A stretch of 64,000 nt of DNA from assembly GCA_902801815.1 (NCBI GenBank), contig CADCJT010000005.1, positions 38,099-102,098 of the forward strand. The letters are read 5' to 3'. The position numbers and the translations under genes were made by a program. The notes below the pieces were generated by a model, which worked only from the letters and a program-made list of their open reading frames with translations, was not told where the DNA came from and did no database searches. Source of the stretch: an uncultured Bacteroidia bacterium (GTDB taxonomy: Bacteria > Bacteroidota > Bacteroidia > Bacteroidales > F082). This document shows, piece by piece, positions 51,769 through 60,886 of the stretch (positions are counted from its first letter, which is position 1; each line of letters begins with the position of its first letter).

Positions 51769-53139
51769 TTACTTGCCGTACATTTTCGTCACACGCTCGC
51801 CTAAATACCGCTCTGGTGAAGGCGCAGGTGCCTCGCCGATCTTGTTGTTGCGCTTGATGAGGATGTACTCGGGGAAGGTGCGCACATTATAGGCTTCCAA
51901 AAGCAGTATTTGGTCAGCGAGGTCGAGGAGGGGCCAGTCTTGTTTTTTCTCTGCGAACTGCTGCTTGAAAAACTCCATCTTGTCGTGTGTGGCGATGGTG
52001 AGGATCTGCACGGAGTCGCGCCATTGGTTGTGGAGGCTCCTCAATTCCGCGAACTGATGTTCCGCGACGGGCGAGATACCATCGACGAACTGCAGCAACA
52101 CCAAGCGATCCTTGTAGTCCGATAGGCTCACTTCCTTGTCTTTGCTGTCTTTCAGGGTAAAATCGGTGGCTGCGGTGCCAGGGGCAAGGCGGTCGTATTT
52201 CGCAAAGAAATCACTGATGATGGTCTTGTGTTCAGCATATTTCGTCTGGCCCTTGATGTAATTCAGATGGTCTTTGGCCAATCGGCTCGTGCCGCGGTCG
52301 CCATAGCAGAGTTTCTGCAGGTTATAGATGGTGATCAGCTCGGCCAATTGCGGGTTGTTTGCCATCAGCGGGTCGGTGTTGAGGTATTTCTTGAGGGCGG
52401 CAGGGCCTTCGCCGAAGGCATCGCTGAGCAGGTGGCTGTCGTAGGCGGCGCTGTTGAAATAACCGTCAAACAGTTCCTTGAATAGGTCGATATAAGCGTT
52501 TTGCGTGTAGAGCACGGGCTGTCCGTCGAAGTAGTCCTTGATGATTTTCTTCCCGCCGTCGCTACTGATGCCCAATTTGATGGCGGCAATCTTGTAGCGG
52601 TTGTGGTTTTTCACATAGTCCGACTTGATGTCGGGCACCTCGCGGTTGATGGTGTTCTGGATGGAGTCGATATAGCGCAGTTGGCGACCTCGGTAGATCT
52701 GGTTGAAATGCTCCGTCATATAGCCGTTTATGATCTCCTCGGAGTAGATGACTTGTCGGTAGACGCCTTTGTCGGTGGCACGTTTTACGCGGATGGTGGG
52801 CAGCTCCTTTTCGAAATAAGAGACGTCTTCCTTCTTCTCAGGCACGATGATTTCGATGTCGTAGTTGGCATTGGGTGTGAGGATGAGGTCGACAGGTTCC
52901 AAACCGACATAGATGCGTGCGGGAAGGTTTTGTTTCACATTGCCTTCAAGGATGAAATTCCCTTTGGCATCAGTCTGGCTCTGGTTGAGCAAAATGCCCG
53001 TCTCGTTGACGAGGTCTTCGTAGACGAAGAGCCTGATCAATGCATTGGTCTTGTTGCTACGTCCGGTGATGGTCACGTTTTGCGCGCTTGCCGCGACGAC
53101 GAGCAAGGATAGTATGAGGGTGATGATCCTGCGTTTCAT
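51769..53139 (-). CDS. Thioredoxin-fold (TlpA/AhpC-like) domain protein lacking the CxxC motif
   Basis: 456 aa with a signal peptide. C-terminal FTLKDSKDKEVSLSDYKDRLVLLQFVDGISPVAEHQFAEL aligns to the FWA(S/T)WCxPC region, with SPVA in place of CxxC. Confidence 0.55.
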   Translation of the reverse strand: MKRRIITLILSLLVVAASAQNVTITGRSNKTNALIRLFVYEDLVNETGILLNQSQTDAKGNFILEGNVKQNLPARIYVGLEPVDLILTPNANYDIEIIVPEKKEDVSYFEKELPTIRVKRATDKGVYRQVIYSEEIINGYMTEHFNQIYRGRQLRYIDSIQNTINREVPDIKSDYVKNHNRYKIAAIKLGISSDGGKKIIKDYFDGQPVLYTQNAYIDLFKELFDGYFNSAAYDSHLLSDAFGEGPAALKKYLNTDPLMANNPQLAELITIYNLQKLCYGDRGTSRLAKDHLNYIKGQTKYAEHKTIISDFFAKYDRLAPGTAATDFTLKDSKDKEVSLSDYKDRLVLLQFVDGISPVAEHQFAELRSLHNQWRDSVQILTIATHDKMEFFKQQFAEKKQDWPLLDLADQILLLEAYNVRTFPEYILIKRNNKIGEAPAPSPERYLGERVTKMYGK

Positions 53140-53165
53140 GTCGTGAGAACGCGGAAAGGATGGAA

Positions 53166-53636
53166 TTATTGTTTTTCAGGCAATTTGACTTCCGAGGGCA
53201 GGAACTTGGAAGTGTCGCCGCCGTTCTTGTAGATGTCGCGGACGACGCTCGACGACACGCCCACCAGCTCGCTCTCGGTGAGCAGGAAGATGGTCTCCAG
53301 CTCGGGGTGCAGGCGTTTGTTGGCGTGGCCGATCATGTTCTCGTACTCGAAGTCGCTGCCGCAACGCAAGCCGCGGATGATGGTGTTGGCACCCACTTTC
53401 TTGCAGAAGTCTGCGGTGAGGCCTTGGTAGCTCTCCACTTTCACGTTCGGGTAGTCGGCAAAGACGGCCTCGCACCACTTGATGCGGTCTTGCAAATCAA
53501 AGGTGGAACGCTTTTCCATGTTGATGCCGACGGCGACATAAATCTCGTCGAACATGGGAAGGGCGCGAAGTACGATGGAACGGTGACCCAAGGTGATGGG
53601 GTCGAAGGAACCGGGGAATACGGCTATTCTTTTCAT
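53166..53636 (-). CDS. coaD: Phosphopantetheine adenylyltransferase
   Basis: 156 aa. IAVFPGSFDPITLGH, ISSSVVRD. Confidence 0.93.
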   Translation of the reverse strand: MKRIAVFPGSFDPITLGHRSIVLRALPMFDEIYVAVGINMEKRSTFDLQDRIKWCEAVFADYPNVKVESYQGLTADFCKKVGANTIIRGLRCGSDFEYENMIGHANKRLHPELETIFLLTESELVGVSSSVVRDIYKNGGDTSKFLPSEVKLPEKQ

Positions 53637-53667
53637 TTCAGTTGGTTTGAAATCGGCTGCAAAAGTA

Positions 53668-54294
53668 TTACTTTGTTACGACTTGGCGCAATTCTTTTCC
53701 GAGAATTTCACTGATGGAACGGAAAGTATTTTTCAGAAAGTCTTCAATTCCTTCATTCCCAATCAGTTTTATCTCAGTGATGCCTTCTTCTGTCTGAGGC
53801 TTGGGCTGGATGGTCTCTTCGCTCTCCATCAGGTACCAATAGGTGCGTTTCAGCGTCCATTCGTCATGCTCTATGTAGCAGTGCCAAGTGGAAGGCAACT
53901 CATTGATGATGTGTAGTTTGCCGATGCCCGTCTCTTCTTCCACCTCGCGTAGGGCGGCCACTTCTGGCGTTTCTCCTTTTTCAATATGTCCCTTGGGAAG
54001 GTCGGGGATGCCTTTGCGCACGATGCTGACAAATTTGCCGTCTTTCACGACGACACCACCGGCTGCGGGAGCCATCCTGAAGGTTTCTTTCAAGGCTAAA
54101 GCTACTGCGTCTTCACCCACTTCGTGGATGAAGGTGTCGCCAGGATCGCGTTCGTCGAGCCATTCTGGTAAAAAATTGCATAGTAGGTCGGCATCGTATC
54201 TGTCGGATTCTTGGGACGTTGCGTCGAATTTCAAAGCATCGCCTTCAATTTTTGGGAAAACCAGTGCTTTGTTTTCGTGAAAAATCTTGTACAT
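53668..54294 (-). CDS. NUDIX hydrolase
   Basis: 208 aa. Nudix box GHIEKGETPEVAALREVEEETGI. Confidence 0.8.
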   Translation of the reverse strand: MYKIFHENKALVFPKIEGDALKFDATSQESDRYDADLLCNFLPEWLDERDPGDTFIHEVGEDAVALALKETFRMAPAAGGVVVKDGKFVSIVRKGIPDLPKGHIEKGETPEVAALREVEEETGIGKLHIINELPSTWHCYIEHDEWTLKRTYWYLMESEETIQPKPQTEEGITEIKLIGNEGIEDFLKNTFRSISEILGKELRQVVTK

Positions 54295-54362
54295 TTGCAG
54301 TCGTTTAAGGTTGTTTCAAGCGACAAAGATACAAATTTTAGTTCCGACAAAGCTCTACTACC

Positions 54363-55010
54363 ATGAAATACGAAGACTCAGCATTGACATTGGCCTTGCA
54401 TCTGCTGCAAATCAAGGCCGTGAAACTCAGCCCGAAAGCGCCCTTTACCTGGGCCTCGGGATTGAAAAGCCCCATTTATTGCGATAACCGCGTCACGCTT
54501 TCCTATCCTGCCGTGCGTACCTACATCCGCCAACAGTTTGTGGAGAAGATCGTGCAAACCTACGGCAAGCCCGATGTGATTGCAGGCGTGGCTACAGGTG
54601 GCATCGCCCAAGGCGCTTTGGTGGCGCAAGAATTGGGTCTGCCCTTTGTGTATGTGCGTTCTGAGAAGAAGTCGCACGGCATGCAGAACCAGATAGAGGG
54701 CGTCATCAATGCGGGTCAGTCGGTGGTGGTCATCGAGGACCTGGTTTCCACAGGCAAGTCGAGCCTCTTGGCTGTCGACGCCTTGCGCGAAGCGGGTGCC
54801 GAGGTGAAAGGCATGGTGGCCATCTTCACCTACCAGATGGATCTTGCCAAGAAGAATTTTGAAGAGAAGGGTTGTGAACTGGTCACTTTGTCGAACTACG
54901 AGACGTTGATCCAAAAGGCTGTGGAAGAGCAGTATGTCACCGAAGAGGATGTGCAGTCCTTGAAGGAGTGGCGCAAGGACCAGCAAGCCTGGAGCGACCG
55001 CTGGAATTAA
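54363..55010 (+). CDS. pyrE: Orotate phosphoribosyltransferase
   Basis: 215 aa. PFTWASGLKSPIYCDNR and PRPP motif VVVIEDLVSTGKS. Confidence 0.92.
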   Translation: MKYEDSALTLALHLLQIKAVKLSPKAPFTWASGLKSPIYCDNRVTLSYPAVRTYIRQQFVEKIVQTYGKPDVIAGVATGGIAQGALVAQELGLPFVYVRSEKKSHGMQNQIEGVINAGQSVVVIEDLVSTGKSSLLAVDALREAGAEVKGMVAIFTYQMDLAKKNFEEKGCELVTLSNYETLIQKAVEEQYVTEEDVQSLKEWRKDQQAWSDRWN

Positions 55011-55057
55011 ATAAGATTAGGGAAACAAATCTGACATAAATCATACATAAATAATAC

Positions 55058-55092
55058 AGAACAGCCGAGCTTTCGTCGGCTGTTCTCTTTTT
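55058..55092 (+). terminator. Rho-independent terminator of pyrE
   Basis: AGAACAGCCGA-gctttcg-TCGGCTGTTCT followed by CTTTTT. Confidence 0.8.
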
Positions 55093-55093
55093 G

Positions 55094-55118
55094 TAGAGAC
55101 GCATTGAATGCGTCTCTA
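55094..55118. repeat. Palindrome TAGAGACGCA-ttgaa-TGCGTCTCTA (same TAGAGACG arms as the 3006/3785 element)
   Basis: Read directly next to the birA stop. Confidence 0.6.
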
Positions 55119-55847
55119 TAATAAGAATTTGATTTCCTTAATGTCAAAACAATAGGAAGTGTCAGCCTCGTCCCTCATCATCAATCGACCAAATGGGTCG
55201 ATCCCCGTCATGAAAAGCCGCAGGGTTTCCCCTTTGACTTCGTATTCGGCCCAAGTGCGGTAACGGAAAAGCCTTTTCAGATAGTCGTGTTCAATGGAGG
55301 TGGGGTCGTTTTTCAGTTGTTTCACCTTTATTATGATACGCTGGGCGATTTGCTCCAAAAGCGGCTGCAGATCATATTCTTTTCCCGTTATCATCTTCAT
55401 TGAGACGGGACGTGTCGGCCAGTCTTGGAAGTGTATCTGGTTGACATTCAATCCGATGCCAATGATGGAAACGTCCATCATGTTGGCTTTTATTGTGCTG
55501 TTGATGAGGATGCCGGCAAGTTTGTGGCTCTCATAATAGATGTCGTTGGGCCATTTGATGCTGAGTTTTTCGGGCGGTAAAATGCCGTCTAGCACCTCGA
55601 TGATGCCTAAGGGCACCGCTTTGGAGAGTTGGAACTGTCTTTCGGCGGGCAGAAAACCCATGCCGACGGCCAAAGAGAAAGTGAGGTTTTTCCCAACCTC
55701 ACTTTCCCAGCCGTTGTTGCCCATGCCTTTGCCTGCGGTCTGCTCGTCGGCGCTGACCACCCAGTTGCGGATGTCGCACTCCGATTGTTGCCTTTGCAGG
55801 TAGGCATTGGTGGAGTCGATTTGGTCGAAATGATGATACTGGAGCAT
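55116..55847 (-). CDS. birA: Biotin--[acetyl-CoA-carboxylase] ligase (no HTH domain)
   Basis: Start set at MLQYHHFDQIDSTNAYL (ATGA overlap with the upstream gene's stop). EQTAGKGMGNNGWESEVGKNL, KWPNDIY. Confidence 0.8.
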   Translation of the reverse strand: MLQYHHFDQIDSTNAYLQRQQSECDIRNWVVSADEQTAGKGMGNNGWESEVGKNLTFSLAVGMGFLPAERQFQLSKAVPLGIIEVLDGILPPEKLSIKWPNDIYYESHKLAGILINSTIKANMMDVSIIGIGLNVNQIHFQDWPTRPVSMKMITGKEYDLQPLLEQIAQRIIIKVKQLKNDPTSIEHDYLKRLFRYRTWAEYEVKGETLRLFMTGIDPFGRLMMRDEADTSYCFDIKEIKFLL

Positions 55848-57475
55848 CACTTCACCACGACGCGCTGTGTCTCGTTGCCGACTATGACGGCGTAAACACC
55901 CGTACCGAAAGCCTTCATGTCGATCTGCAATCTGCCGTCGCATGGGCTTTCGAAGACCTTTTGTCCGACCATGTTAATGATAGTGACGGTTTGTTGGCCT
56001 TTGCACACGATGTTGACCATACCTGAGGTCGGGTTGGGGTAGATGCTCGTGCCACTGACGAGGTTCTCTTCCACATCGGCGGTCACTTCATACGAGAACT
56101 CTGTGCTTTCGCTGCATCCAAAGCGGCTGCCTGAGAAGAGCGTCGTCGATCCGGCTCTCATGCCATAGATGCCCGTGCCCGACATGCCGTCGCAGCCCGA
56201 GTCGTAGATGGTGAAGTCGTAGCAGCCGTCTTCCGTGATGACCAGTTCTTCGGTGTACATGGTGGTGGGATTGTCGTAGGGGCCGCCTTCTTGGATGACT
56301 TCGCCCGTCGAGATTTTAGTCACCTTCCAAGTGGTTTCCTGTGGGTTGCTGTCGGTGTGGATGTTGACTTTCAGGGTCTTGCCAACCGTTTGGGTGGCCT
56401 GCTTGATGGCGAAGGATGTCACGTCGTTGGTTGGGGCTTCGTCGTCGACGCCGTTGACGCCTTTGATTCTCACCTCAAGCTGGTTTTCTTCTTCGACGGG
56501 GAAGGTGATTGCACCCAATTCCACAGTCTCGGAACCAAAGGTAGCAATGTTGCCAGTCCATTCGACGGTCTTCAGCGACTCTCCGTTGACCAGCACTTCC
56601 AACTCGGCTGAGGTCAAGGCATTGCTACCGAAGTTGGTAAGCACGACTTTGGGTTCAGCGTCGCCGCTGCAGTTCATCTTCTTTACGTTGGTGATGTCGG
56701 TAACGGAAGCCTCGTTGGTATAGAAGGTTTCAATGGACGAACTCGACTTGCAGGCTTGGTGCACCACTTTCGTGTCAGGGTTCTGCACCCAGGCGATGGC
56801 ATCCAACTGGTCGTTGTTGTAGACGTTGGCCAGCTCCCAAGTGAAGCTGTAGGCAAAATAGCTGCCTGCTTGCAGTGGGCTGAGGGTGATGCCTGAGCTG
56901 GAGGGCAAGAGTTTCTTCATGACGGCATAGAAGTCGCGCTCACCATTGGCCCCAGGAGGGGTGTTGTAGTGGATCTCGCGCTCGATGACGCCGACATACA
57001 GTTTGTTGTTGCCGGAAACGTTCTCGGTGGCGCGTCCCATGACGTGGACGGTGATGGTGTTGGCGGCTTCATCAACTTCGTAAGCCAGACGCATCTCAAG
57101 AGGTGAGGTGACGTTAAGCCATTGGTTGACGGTGTTTTGGTTGATACCAGAAGGCATGCCGTTGTAACGGGTGCCGTCAACCACGGTGTGCGGCACCGAG
57201 TTGATGTTGTAAACGCTGCGACGTGAATTGTTGTCAGCCGTGTTGTGCAAATACATCGGGTCGTTTTCGCCAGGCCAGTTCATGTGGTACTTGATGGCTG
57301 CGATGCGGTCGGCGTTGGCGTTGATGAGCGCATCGAGGGCAGGGTTCTGTGCTGCACATGGCCCGCAACTGGCGTTGGTGAAGCATTCAAAGAGTAGGAT
57401 GCGATCATTTTGTGCATTGACTTTCAGCGAGAAGAGCATCAGCAAAGATGCTACAATGAGTAGGTTTCTTTTCAT
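55847..57475 (-). CDS. Omp28-related/thioredoxin-like N-terminal domain protein with a T9SS C-terminal sorting domain
   Basis: 542 aa. Signal peptide, ECFTNASCGPCAAQNP. C-terminus IYPNPTSGMVNIV...GVYAVIVGNETQRVVVK. Confidence 0.62.
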   Translation of the reverse strand: MKRNLLIVASLLMLFSLKVNAQNDRILLFECFTNASCGPCAAQNPALDALINANADRIAAIKYHMNWPGENDPMYLHNTADNNSRRSVYNINSVPHTVVDGTRYNGMPSGINQNTVNQWLNVTSPLEMRLAYEVDEAANTITVHVMGRATENVSGNNKLYVGVIEREIHYNTPPGANGERDFYAVMKKLLPSSSGITLSPLQAGSYFAYSFTWELANVYNNDQLDAIAWVQNPDTKVVHQACKSSSSIETFYTNEASVTDITNVKKMNCSGDAEPKVVLTNFGSNALTSAELEVLVNGESLKTVEWTGNIATFGSETVELGAITFPVEEENQLEVRIKGVNGVDDEAPTNDVTSFAIKQATQTVGKTLKVNIHTDSNPQETTWKVTKISTGEVIQEGGPYDNPTTMYTEELVITEDGCYDFTIYDSGCDGMSGTGIYGMRAGSTTLFSGSRFGCSESTEFSYEVTADVEENLVSGTSIYPNPTSGMVNIVCKGQQTVTIINMVGQKVFESPCDGRLQIDMKAFGTGVYAVIVGNETQRVVVK

Positions 57476-57616
57476 GAGAATAGATTTTGTGATTGTTTTT
57501 CACCACAAAAGTAGACATTTTTAAAAAAATGGCAATGTTTTTGTTGCACGATTCAAAAAAGATTCGCATTTTTGCAGATTGAATTAGAGAATAGTAACAA
57601 TTTAAAAAACAGAACT

Positions 57617-58348
57617 ATGATGAAAAAAACTTTATTCACACTTGTTTTAATGGCCGTGATGGGTTTCGTTTCGGCACAATCGCTCCAGTTTGAGTGGGAC
57701 GGTAATGTTTACAACGATGGCGATGCCATCGAGTGCGTCAACGATGAATTCGGTTATGGTGAATACATCCAGCACATGCAGATCCGTAATCTCACCTCGG
57801 GTGACCTCAATGTCATCGTCGAGAAAGAAGTGCTGGAAGACCTTGAAGGCGTCATGAACTTCTTCTGCTGGGGCTCGTGCTTTAGTCCCGATGTCTTTGT
57901 CAGCCCCCGTCCTGTGACGGTTGAAGCCAACAGTGTGACCGGCGAGGAAGCCCTTTCGTTCCATGCCCTCTATGATGGTGAAGTCTATGGCTATCTGGTG
58001 ATGAGATACTATGCCTATGACGAGTCAAATCCTGACGAGCGTGTCAGCATCATCATCAAATTCCACAGGTCGGGCGAAGGCGTTGCCGAGAATGCGATTG
58101 AGTTTGGCCAAGCCTATCCCAATCCCGCCTCCTCGATGGTGTCGTTTGACTACGCACTCTCAGCGGGCGACAAGGTGTCGGTCTCGGTCTACAACCTTCT
58201 TGGTCAAGAGGTGATGGGCCAGCAACTGAACAACCTGCAAGGAAAGGTCTCCTTCTCGGTGGCCGACCTTAACGAAGGCATCTATTTCTGCAACTTGTTT
58301 GTGAATGGATGCGCCGTGAAGACGGAAAAATTCGTTGTCAAGAAATAA
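57617..58348 (+). CDS. Secreted protein with a T9SS C-terminal sorting domain
   Basis: Start set at MMKKTLFTLVLMAVMGFVSAQ. C-terminus AYPNPASSMVSFDY...GIYFCNLFVNGCAVKTEKFVVKK. Confidence 0.65.
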   Translation: MMKKTLFTLVLMAVMGFVSAQSLQFEWDGNVYNDGDAIECVNDEFGYGEYIQHMQIRNLTSGDLNVIVEKEVLEDLEGVMNFFCWGSCFSPDVFVSPRPVTVEANSVTGEEALSFHALYDGEVYGYLVMRYYAYDESNPDERVSIIIKFHRSGEGVAENAIEFGQAYPNPASSMVSFDYALSAGDKVSVSVYNLLGQEVMGQQLNNLQGKVSFSVADLNEGIYFCNLFVNGCAVKTEKFVVKK

Positions 58349-58373
58349 GAGTTCTTGACACAAAGAAAGCTAA

Positions 58374-58404
58374 AGGGCGATGTCTTCTGACGTCGCCCTT
58401 TTTG
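58374..58404 (+). terminator. Rho-independent terminator
   Basis: AGGGCGATGTC-ttct-GACGTCGCCCT followed by TTTTG. Confidence 0.75.
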
Positions 58405-58537
58405 TGTTTTAAATGCCATTATTGGGCTTGAACTGGTTTTCTTTGCGTTTTTTATGATTTTTTCGCCAAGTTTCAATTATTTTTGTTTTCTTTGCAGATT
58501 ATTTCACTAAGTAAAACCCTATTTTGTTTTTTCGAAT

Positions 58538-60886
58538 ATGAACAAACGCTTTAATACTAGACTGATTCTATTAGCATTGTTTTTCTTGTTGAACGGTGTG
58601 GTTGCCATGGCCCAAGACGATAACAGCATCAAGGGCTTCGTGTATGAAGAGTCGACGGGTGAGCCCATGATGTTTACCAATGTCTATCTGAGGGGCACCA
58701 CCTTTGGCGGTGCAACCAATGAGAATGGCTATTTCAACATCAACCGCATCCCTGACGGACGTTATACCTTGTTGATCACCAGCGTGGGTTACGACACCAT
58801 CAGCGAGACGTTCAACTTGTCGAAAGGCCAAAGCATCAACCGTAAGTATTACATGAAGGAGACCAGCCAAAAGTTGGAAACGGTGACCATCACTGCCGAC
58901 AAGATCGAGGCACGCACCGAGACCAAGACCTCGGTCATTACGGTCACTCCCAAGACCATCACCAAGATCCCAAGCGTAGGCGGTCAGGCCGACTTTGCCC
59001 AATACCTGCAAGTGGTGCCGGGCGTCATCTTTACTGGCGACCAAGGCGGTCAACTCTATATCCGTGGCGGTTCGCCCATCCAGAACAAGGTGCTGCTCGA
59101 TGGCATGGTGGTCTACAATCCTTTCCACTCCATCGGTCTGTTCTCGGTGTTCGATACCGATATCATCCGCAATGCCGATGTCTACACCGGTGGTTTCGGT
59201 GCCGAATATAGCGGCCGTATCTCCTCCATCATGGACATCTCCACCCGTGATGGTAACAAGAAACGACTTTCTGGTAAACTCGGTGCCAACTGCTTTGGCG
59301 CCAAGGTGATGCTTGAAGGTCCGCTGAAGAAGGCCAAAACACCTGATGACGTCACGCTGTCCTTTATCCTCTCTGCAAAGAATTCTTATCTCGAACAATC
59401 CAGCAAGTTCTTGTATCCATACGCATCAAAGACCGGTCTTCCTTTCAACTACCAGGACTTATACGGCAAGCTGTCGCTGAATGCCCCCAATGGAAGTAAG
59501 GTCAACCTGTTTGGCTTCTCGTTCAACGACCAGGTGAACAACTATATGTCTCTGTCCGACTTCGGCTGGAATTCGTACGGTGCTGGTGCTAATTTCCTCG
59601 TCATCCCTGGCAAGGCTCCCGTGATGATTGAAGGTAACATCGCTTACTCGAGCTATACCTCACGCATGAAAGAGTCAGATAACCCTGATCGTTACAGCAA
59701 CATCAACGGATTCAACATGGGCTTTGACTTCAGCCAGTTCATGGGCAAGAATACCATGAAATATGGTATCGAGATGTTGGGCTACACGACCGACTATCAA
59801 ACCTATAGCGTTTATGGTCACAACAGCATCGGTGCCAAACTGAATTCTACTGAGATTGGTGCTTACGTCAAATACAAGGCTGTGTTGGGCAAGTTTTTGC
59901 TGGAGCCGAGTTTCCGTTTGCAGTTCTATGCCTCCTTGTCCGACCTCTCTCCAGAGCCGCGTATCGCATTGAAGTACAACGCGTCCGATCGTCTGCGTCT
60001 GAAGGCTGCTGCTGGCATGTATTCGCAAAACTTTGTGGCAGCCACCAGCGACCGCGATGTGGTCAACTTGTTTTATGGATTCCTTTCGGGCATCGACAAC
60101 CTGCCTGAGACCTTCAATGGTGAGAAGACAAAGAGCTACTTGCAGAAAGCCAACCATTTTATCTTGGGTGGTGAGTTCGATTTGTCGCGTAACGCCACCA
60201 TGAACATCGAAGGCTATTGGAAGGACTTCAATCAGCTGACCAATATCAATCGCAACAAACTCTATCCCGACACTCCTGATAACGCGCAAATCCCCGACTT
60301 GTTGAAGAAAGACTTCACCAAGGAGACGGGCAGCGCATACGGCTTCGACGTGTCGTTGAAGTATGAGGACAAGCATTGGTACCTTTGGGCAGTGTATGCC
60401 TTGGGTTTCGTGAACCGCCAATACGAGAAGGTCGTCGAGGAAGGTGTCGAATTGGTTGAATATGCTCCGCATTTCGATCGCCGCCATAATGTCAATGTCA
60501 TTTTGACCTACACGGCTGGTTCGAAGCGCCAGTGGGAGTTCAGCGGACGCTGGAACTTCGGTACGGGCTTCCCGTTCACTCAGGTGCAAGGGTTCTATGA
60601 ATACTACTCCTTCCAGGATGGCATCAACTTCGACTACACCACCACCAACGGTGATTTGGGCGTGCTTTATGGAGACCTCAATGCAGGCCGTTTGCCCACC
60701 TACCACCGCTTCGACATTGATGTGAAACGCAAGTTCTATTTCACTGAGAACATCATGCTGGAGGCCGACCTCAGTGTGACCAACGTCTATAACCGCAACA
60801 ACGTGTTCTATGTCAATATGGTCACTAGCCAGATTGCGCGCCAACTGCCCATCCTGCCCACCTTCGGATTGACGTTCTCGTTCTGA
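58538..60886 (+). CDS. TonB-dependent receptor (CarboxypepD_reg-like domain, plug and barrel)
   Basis: 782 aa. IKGFVYEESTGEPMMFTNVYLRGT...NGYFNI, plug region DFAQYLQVVPGV...IRGGSPIQNKVLLDGMVVYNP, C-terminal ...PTFGLTFSF. Confidence 0.8.
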   Translation: MNKRFNTRLILLALFFLLNGVVAMAQDDNSIKGFVYEESTGEPMMFTNVYLRGTTFGGATNENGYFNINRIPDGRYTLLITSVGYDTISETFNLSKGQSINRKYYMKETSQKLETVTITADKIEARTETKTSVITVTPKTITKIPSVGGQADFAQYLQVVPGVIFTGDQGGQLYIRGGSPIQNKVLLDGMVVYNPFHSIGLFSVFDTDIIRNADVYTGGFGAEYSGRISSIMDISTRDGNKKRLSGKLGANCFGAKVMLEGPLKKAKTPDDVTLSFILSAKNSYLEQSSKFLYPYASKTGLPFNYQDLYGKLSLNAPNGSKVNLFGFSFNDQVNNYMSLSDFGWNSYGAGANFLVIPGKAPVMIEGNIAYSSYTSRMKESDNPDRYSNINGFNMGFDFSQFMGKNTMKYGIEMLGYTTDYQTYSVYGHNSIGAKLNSTEIGAYVKYKAVLGKFLLEPSFRLQFYASLSDLSPEPRIALKYNASDRLRLKAAAGMYSQNFVAATSDRDVVNLFYGFLSGIDNLPETFNGEKTKSYLQKANHFILGGEFDLSRNATMNIEGYWKDFNQLTNINRNKLYPDTPDNAQIPDLLKKDFTKETGSAYGFDVSLKYEDKHWYLWAVYALGFVNRQYEKVVEEGVELVEYAPHFDRRHNVNVILTYTAGSKRQWEFSGRWNFGTGFPFTQVQGFYEYYSFQDGINFDYTTTNGDLGVLYGDLNAGRLPTYHRFDIDVKRKFYFTENIMLEADLSVTNVYNRNNVFYVNMVTSQIARQLPILPTFGLTFSF

